A stretch of 64,000 nucleotides of DNA, from assembly GCA_964588985.1 (NCBI GenBank), contig CAZPQW010000005.1, forward strand, positions 102,681 through 166,680. The letters run 5' to 3'. The translations under genes were made by a program, and so were the position numbers. This stretch comes from an uncultured Solirubrobacteraceae bacterium (GTDB taxonomy: Bacteria; Actinomycetota; Thermoleophilia; Solirubrobacterales; Solirubrobacteraceae). The notes under the pieces are model-generated. The model had not been told where the DNA came from. It saw nothing but the letters and a program-made list of their open reading frames with translations, and did no database searches. Shown piece by piece: positions 59,271 to 64,000 of the stretch (its first letter is position 1; every line of letters begins with the position of its first letter).

Positions 59271-60745
59271 CCGGGACCGTGTTCCTCGTCGGCGCCGGCC
59301 CCGGCGACCCGGGCCTGCTGACCGCCCGTGCGCTCGAGCTGATCGCGACCGCCGACGTGATCCTCTACGACCGCCTGATCCCCAGCTCGGCGCTCGACGG
59401 CGCGCGCGCCGATGCGGAGCTGCTGTTCGTCGGCAAGGAGGGCGGCGGACCGTCCGTGCCACAGGACGAGACCGAAGAGCTGATGGTCGCGCGTGCGCGC
59501 GAAGGCAGGTCCGTGCTGCGCCTGAAGGGCGGCGACCCGTTCGTGTTCGGCCGCGGCGGAGAGGAGGCCCTCACGCTGCGCGCGGCCGGCATTGCCTTCG
59601 AGGTCGTTCCCGGCATCACCGCGGGCGTGGCCGCGAGCGCCTACGCGGGCATTCCCGTCACTCAGCGCGGAGTCGCGAGCGCGGTGGCACTGATCACAGG
59701 CCATGAGGACCCCGACAAGCCAGAGACCGCGATCGACTGGGATGCGCTCGCCGCGTTCCCGGGCACCCTCGTGCTGTACATGGGCGTGCGTCGCCTGCCG
59801 CACATCGCCGCGTCGCTGATCGCCGCCGGGCGCTCGCCGTCGGAGCCCGTGGCGGTGATCGAAAAAGGCACCCTCCCCGACCAGCGGCTGGTCAGCGCTA
59901 CGCTCGCGACGATCGCCGAGACCGTCCAGCTAGAGGGCATCCGAGCGCCCTCTATCACCGTGGTTGGTCCCGTGGCGGAGCTCGCCGAGGAGATCTCCTG
60001 GCTTGGCCCGCGTCCGCTGCGGGGGCGCACCGTGGCGGTCACCCGTGCACGCGCGCAGGCGAGCGGGCTGGCGCGCCGCCTGGAAGCGCTCGGCGCGAAC
60101 GTGGTGCAGACGCCCGCGATTCGCGTGCGCCCGCTCGACGGGCCGCCGCTCGACCCCTCGCCGTATGACCTGATCTGCCTCACGAGCCCCAACGGCGTGC
60201 ACGCGCTGTTCGACCGCCTCGCCGAGTCTGGGCTCGATGCTCGCTCACTCGCGGGCGCGACCGTCGCCGCGATCGGGCCCGGCACGGCGAGGGCGCTTGC
60301 CGAGCACGGGATCGCCGCCGACGTGGTGCCAGAGCGCTTCGTGGCGGAGGCGCTCGTGGAGGCGCTCGCGGACACGCCGGTCGAGCGCGCGCTAGTGGCG
60401 CGCGCGAGCGAGGCGCGCGACGTGCTGCCCGACGCGCTGCGCGCGCGGGGGGCCGAGGTCGACGTTCTGGCGCTGTACGAGACCGTCGCGGAGCCACTCA
60501 CGCCCGCGGCCCTGCGGGCGGCACGCGAGGCAGACTACGTGACGTTCACGTCCTCCTCGACGGTGCGCTTCTTCCTGCAGGCCGCCGGCGGAGATGCTGG
60601 CTTCTCGTCCGCCACGCGAATCGTCTCGATCGGGCCGGTCACGAGCGAGACACTGCGCGAACACGGCCTCCAGCCTCACGTCGAAGCCGAGCGCCACGAC
60701 ATCGACGGTATGATCGCGGCGCTCCTCATGGATACAACAGTCTGA
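59267..60745 (+). CDS. cobA: Uroporphyrinogen-III C-methyltransferase / uroporphyrinogen-III synthase fusion (CobA-HemD)
   Basis: LVGAGPGDPGLLT, RLKGGDPFVFGRGGEE, then VTRARAQ, TSPNGV, FTSSSTV, SIGPVT. Confidence 0.93.
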   Translation: MTGTVFLVGAGPGDPGLLTARALELIATADVILYDRLIPSSALDGARADAELLFVGKEGGGPSVPQDETEELMVARAREGRSVLRLKGGDPFVFGRGGEEALTLRAAGIAFEVVPGITAGVAASAYAGIPVTQRGVASAVALITGHEDPDKPETAIDWDALAAFPGTLVLYMGVRRLPHIAASLIAAGRSPSEPVAVIEKGTLPDQRLVSATLATIAETVQLEGIRAPSITVVGPVAELAEEISWLGPRPLRGRTVAVTRARAQASGLARRLEALGANVVQTPAIRVRPLDGPPLDPSPYDLICLTSPNGVHALFDRLAESGLDARSLAGATVAAIGPGTARALAEHGIAADVVPERFVAEALVEALADTPVERALVARASEARDVLPDALRARGAEVDVLALYETVAEPLTPAALRAAREADYVTFTSSSTVRFFLQAAGGDAGFSSATRIVSIGPVTSETLREHGLQPHVEAERHDIDGMIAALLMDTTV

Positions 60746-60752
60746 GCTGACG

Positions 60753-61592
60753 ATGGCGCGCGAAGGCACACTGCCACCTGTAATCACGTTCCTGTCCGAC
60801 TACGGTCACGACGACGAGTTCGTCGGCGTATGTCATGGCGTGATCGTGCGGCGCTGCCCCGACGCGCGCGTGATCGACCTCACCCACGTGGTTCCCCGAC
60901 ACGACGTGCGCAGCGGCGCGATCCTGCTTCGCGCCGCGCTGCCCTATCTGCCGCCGCGGGTGCACCTCGCGGTGGTCGACCCGGGCGTGAGCGCCGCGGG
61001 GCCGAGCGGGCGACGCGCCGTGGCGCTGCGCACCGTCGAGGAAGACAGGCTGCTCGTGGGGCCCGACAACGGGCTGTTGATGCCCGCCGCGGAGCGACTG
61101 GGCGGAGTGCTCGAAGCGGTCGACATCGGCGAGTCGCCCGAGTGCCTGCGGCCGGTTTCGCGCACGTTCCACGGCCGGGACATCTTCGCTCCGGTCGCCG
61201 CCGCGCTCGCGGCCGGCGAGCCGCTGACGTCCGTCGGCGAGCCCCTTCCGGTGAGCGCCCTGCGGCGCATGGGGATACCGTCGGCCGATCTCGGCGACGG
61301 CGTGCTCACCGCGCACGTGCTGCGCAGCGACACGTTCGGCAACCTGATCCTCAACGCGTCCAACGAGCAGCTGATCGAGCTGGGCGCCACGCTCGGCGAC
61401 ATGCTCACCGTGCGTCACGAGGGCGCGCGCCACAGGGCGTCCTACGTGGCGACGTTCGCCGACGTCACGCCGGGCGAGCTCCTGATCTACGAGGACGCTC
61501 AGCACATGGTCTCCCTCGCCGTCAACCGCGGCTCGGCCGCCCAGCTACTGGGCGCCGACCAGGACGACGAGCTGCTGATCCTGCCCGCGTGA
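60753..61592 (+). CDS. SAM hydrolase / chlorinase-fluorinase (DUF62) family protein
   Basis: ITFLSDYG, AVVDPGV, GPDNG, TFHGRDIFAP, DTFGNL. Confidence 0.88.
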   Translation: MAREGTLPPVITFLSDYGHDDEFVGVCHGVIVRRCPDARVIDLTHVVPRHDVRSGAILLRAALPYLPPRVHLAVVDPGVSAAGPSGRRAVALRTVEEDRLLVGPDNGLLMPAAERLGGVLEAVDIGESPECLRPVSRTFHGRDIFAPVAAALAAGEPLTSVGEPLPVSALRRMGIPSADLGDGVLTAHVLRSDTFGNLILNASNEQLIELGATLGDMLTVRHEGARHRASYVATFADVTPGELLIYEDAQHMVSLAVNRGSAAQLLGADQDDELLILPA

Positions 61593-62335
61593 GCGCGCTC
61601 GGGCACCCGCGACTGCACCTGCGCAGCACAGACTCGACGAACGAGCGCGCACGCGAGCTCGCGATCGCCGGCGCGCCGCACGGCACTCTCATCACGGCCG
61701 CCGAGCAGAGCGCCGGGCGCGGGCGTCAGGGCCGGCGCTGGTCGGCGCCCGCGGGCAGCTCGATCCTGATGTCGCTGCTGCTGCGCTCCCCGCCGCGGCT
61801 GCTGCCGCTGATGGCGGCCGTGGCGGTGTGCGACGCGGCGGGCGAGCGGGCGGGGATCAAGTGGCCCAACGACGTGGTCGTCGCACTTGAGCACACTGGA
61901 GCCGGCCCGGGCCTCGGCAAGCTCGCCGGCATCCTCGTGGAGGCGCGTCCGCAACAGGGCTGGGCGGTGCTGGGGATCGGCCTGAACGTGGCGGTCCGCC
62001 TGGAGGATTTGCCACCGGAGCTGCACCCCGACCGGATGGGCGCCAACGCGGTGAGCGGCCTGCCCGCAGCGACGATGGGCCTGGAGTCCGCGGATGTGGA
62101 GCCCACGCTCGCGGCGCTGATCGCGTCCCTCGAGCGACGACTGGCCGAGAGCGACGGTGCGATCCTCGAGGCGTGGCGTGCGCGCGACGCGCTCCGCGGG
62201 CGCGAGATCTCATGGAGCGAGGGCCGTGGTCTCGCCGATGGGATCGACGGTGAGGGCCGGCTGGTGGTTGCGCTACCCGGCGGAGGTCACACCGCGCTCG
62301 GCGCCGGTGAGATCCACCTCGAGAGCATCGGCTAG
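61589..62335 (+). CDS. birA: Biotin-protein ligase
   Basis: DSTN, AEQSAGRGRQGRRW, IKWPNDV, KLAGILVE, GIGLN. Confidence 0.92.
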   Translation: MSALGHPRLHLRSTDSTNERARELAIAGAPHGTLITAAEQSAGRGRQGRRWSAPAGSSILMSLLLRSPPRLLPLMAAVAVCDAAGERAGIKWPNDVVVALEHTGAGPGLGKLAGILVEARPQQGWAVLGIGLNVAVRLEDLPPELHPDRMGANAVSGLPAATMGLESADVEPTLAALIASLERRLAESDGAILEAWRARDALRGREISWSEGRGLADGIDGEGRLVVALPGGGHTALGAGEIHLESIG

Positions 62336-62342
62336 ATCAAGG

Positions 62343-64000
62343 CTAGGCCTGCTCGCCCGCGTGGTCGAGGTCGCGGTGCTCGAGCGCGTCCTGGACTTCG
62401 TGGCGGAGATCCTCCTGCGGGTCGGGCCTGGGGTCCTCGGGGCGCCCGCGCGAAAGCGAGGTCTCAAGCGGCGCCTGCGTGGCGGCTCCATTCGCCGCGC
62501 CGGACTGACCCGGCTTGGCGGCGCCTCCCTTACGGCGGCGGCGCGCGTTGCGTGCGCGCCGTTTGGGGAAGTTGCGCAGCAGCTCGCGCGCGAGCGCAGG
62601 GGGCTTGCGAGCCATCCGCGTGCGCGCCCCGCGCAGCGCCTCCTCGGCCTCCGGCGTGTGGGCGAGCGCAGCCGCGAGCAGCGCAGCCGCGAGGCGCCGG
62701 TCCTGCTTGCGCGCCGCGTGGATCAGGCGGCGAGCGTTGCGCGCGTGCGCGCCACCCGCCGAGTTCACGAGCAGGCCGAGCAGCCGCTTGGTCTCCGGCC
62801 AGCGCTGCACCGCGTACTCCTCGTGCACGTCGCGCGTGTACTCCGCGAGGCGCCAGATCCACGCGTTCGCCTGGTCGCGGCGGCCGATGCGGCGCTCGAC
62901 CATCGCGCGCAACATGATCTTGGTTGCCTCCTTGCGCTCCTCGCGCGGCCAGCCGCCGATGATGTCGATCGCCTCGTCGAACGCGTCCGGGTCGCGCAGC
63001 GCGGCGATGTCGGTCAGCGCTCGCAGCCGCAGCTGCGCGCTCTTGTTGCGCTTCACAGCGGTGATCAGGAAGCGGCTCTTGAGCTCGCCGGTGCGGTCGA
63101 AGTGCAGCATCGCGCGCGCCCTGCGCCATCCGTTCGGCGCCACGCGCGCTCCCGCGAGCGCCGCCCACAGGTGCTGCTCGCCGTAGTCGAGGTGCTCCAC
63201 CGCGATGCGCCACAGCTCGCGCTCGAACACCTCGAAGCGCCGCTCCTCCTCCGCGCACACGGGCAGCACGCGCCGCTCGACGCGCATCCTGCGTCCACGT
63301 CCTCGGCGGACGGGTCCCACGACGATCGCCCCTCCTCGATACACGTCGCGATCGAGCAGCGAGTGCAGCGTCACGACCGGGTCGTCGTGCTTGGTCGCGG
63401 GGTGGACGAAGTCGACCACCAGCCCCGCCTCCTTGCCCGGATGGCGGCGAGTCACACGGCCGACGCGCTGCTGGTAGATGCGCTTGGACGCCGTCGGCGC
63501 GAGGTGCACGCACACGGTCGCGCGCGGGCTGTTCCAGCCCTCGGCGAGCAGCTGCGCGTTGATCAGCACGTCGATGTCGCCGCGCTCGTAGCGCGCGAGG
63601 ATCTCCGCGAGCTCGCGCTTGGGGGTCTCGCCGGAGACCGCCTGCGCCTTCATGTTCTCCGCGCGGAACGACTCGGCGAGGTTGTAGGCGTGGCGCACTC
63701 CGGCCGCGTAGACCACGCCGGGCACGCCGTTGAAGCGGGTCTTGTAGAGGTTCGCGACCGCCATGTTGAACGGCTGCTGGTCGAGCAGTTTCGCGAGCTC
63801 GTCCTGGTCGAACTCGGTGTCTACCTCGCCGCGCCTGAGCGGCACCTTCGCGATCGTGCGCACGCCCACGCCGGGGGAGATGCGCACGCAGCGAAGCGGC
63901 GCGATCACGCCGCGCCGCGCCGCCTGCGCGAGATCGAAGCGCGAGGTCTGCGTCGGGAACAGGTCGGTCACGTGGCGTGCGATCAGCGCGCCGGTGGCGG
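62343..64000 (-). CDS. Superfamily II (DEAD/DEAH-box) helicase, 5' part outside the window
   Basis: LINAQLLAEGWNSP (motif V) and QQRVGRVTR (motif VI). The frame is open to the window edge. Confidence 0.82.
   Translation of the reverse strand, partial: ATGALIARHVTDLFPTQTSRFDLAQAARRGVIAPLRCVRISPGVGVRTIAKVPLRRGEVDTEFDQDELAKLLDQQPFNMAVANLYKTRFNGVPGVVYAAGVRHAYNLAESFRAENMKAQAVSGETPKRELAEILARYERGDIDVLINAQLLAEGWNSPRATVCVHLAPTASKRIYQQRVGRVTRRHPGKEAGLVVDFVHPATKHDDPVVTLHSLLDRDVYRGGAIVVGPVRRGRGRRMRVERRVLPVCAEEERRFEVFERELWRIAVEHLDYGEQHLWAALAGARVAPNGWRRARAMLHFDRTGELKSRFLITAVKRNKSAQLRLRALTDIAALRDPDAFDEAIDIIGGWPREERKEATKIMLRAMVERRIGRRDQANAWIWRLAEYTRDVHEEYAVQRWPETKRLLGLLVNSAGGAHARNARRLIHAARKQDRRLAAALLAAALAHTPEAEEALRGARTRMARKPPALARELLRNFPKRRARNARRRRKGGAAKPGQSGAANGAATQAPLETSLSRGRPEDPRPDPQEDLRHEVQDALEHRDLDHAGEQA

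Noticed and set aside
60753-61592. True fluorinase/chlorinase
   Set aside because: The TFHGRD motif and the housekeeping context (cobA, birA) fit the common DUF62 SAM hydrolase, and no halometabolite genes are nearby.

Overview
High-GC (about 70% by eye) actinobacterial chromosomal DNA. Gene content suggests Thermoleophilia/Solirubrobacterales, which is an inference. The most notable locus is at the left edge (1-4992). It has a 73-nt tRNA on the minus strand (1491-1563) with a UAA anticodon (reads UUA, the rarest codon in GC-rich actinobacteria) but a short 4-nt variable loop, unlike any normal tRNA-Leu. The tRNA lies 30 nt upstream of a divergent arginyl-tRNA synthetase paralog whose arginine-binding residues are replaced; this gene runs off the window and is absent from the ORF track. 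Both are clustered with an atypical P450, an MbtG-like lysine N-monooxygenase and an LmbU-family regulator. This looks like a candidate orthogonal aaRS/tRNA pair for a non-standard amino acid (codon recoding or tRNA-dependent biosynthesis). The second accessory zone (about 14.4-27.8 kb) has a frameshifted pseudogene, an AAA ATPase, a very AT-rich 68-bp palindromic tandem array and an NHL protein. It ends in a 7.5-kb integrase-less defence island inserted in tRNA-Phe (47-bp att repeats plus arm-type motifs). The island carries a type III CBASS (Cap18-like exonuclease, CD-NTase with apparent ATC start, HORMA, TRIP13, SLOG-NDT effector) and an AbiE pair whose toxin is fused to a WYL domain. The rest is mostly housekeeping: gabD-like, ychF, mce, FtsH-like, a peptide ABC transporter, rarA, ccmABC(D), hemA, hemC, cobA-hemD, birA, two small TA modules, an HD-GYP/B12-binding fusion and a Cys-less ALDH. 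All family assignments come from motif recognition by eye, not database searches.
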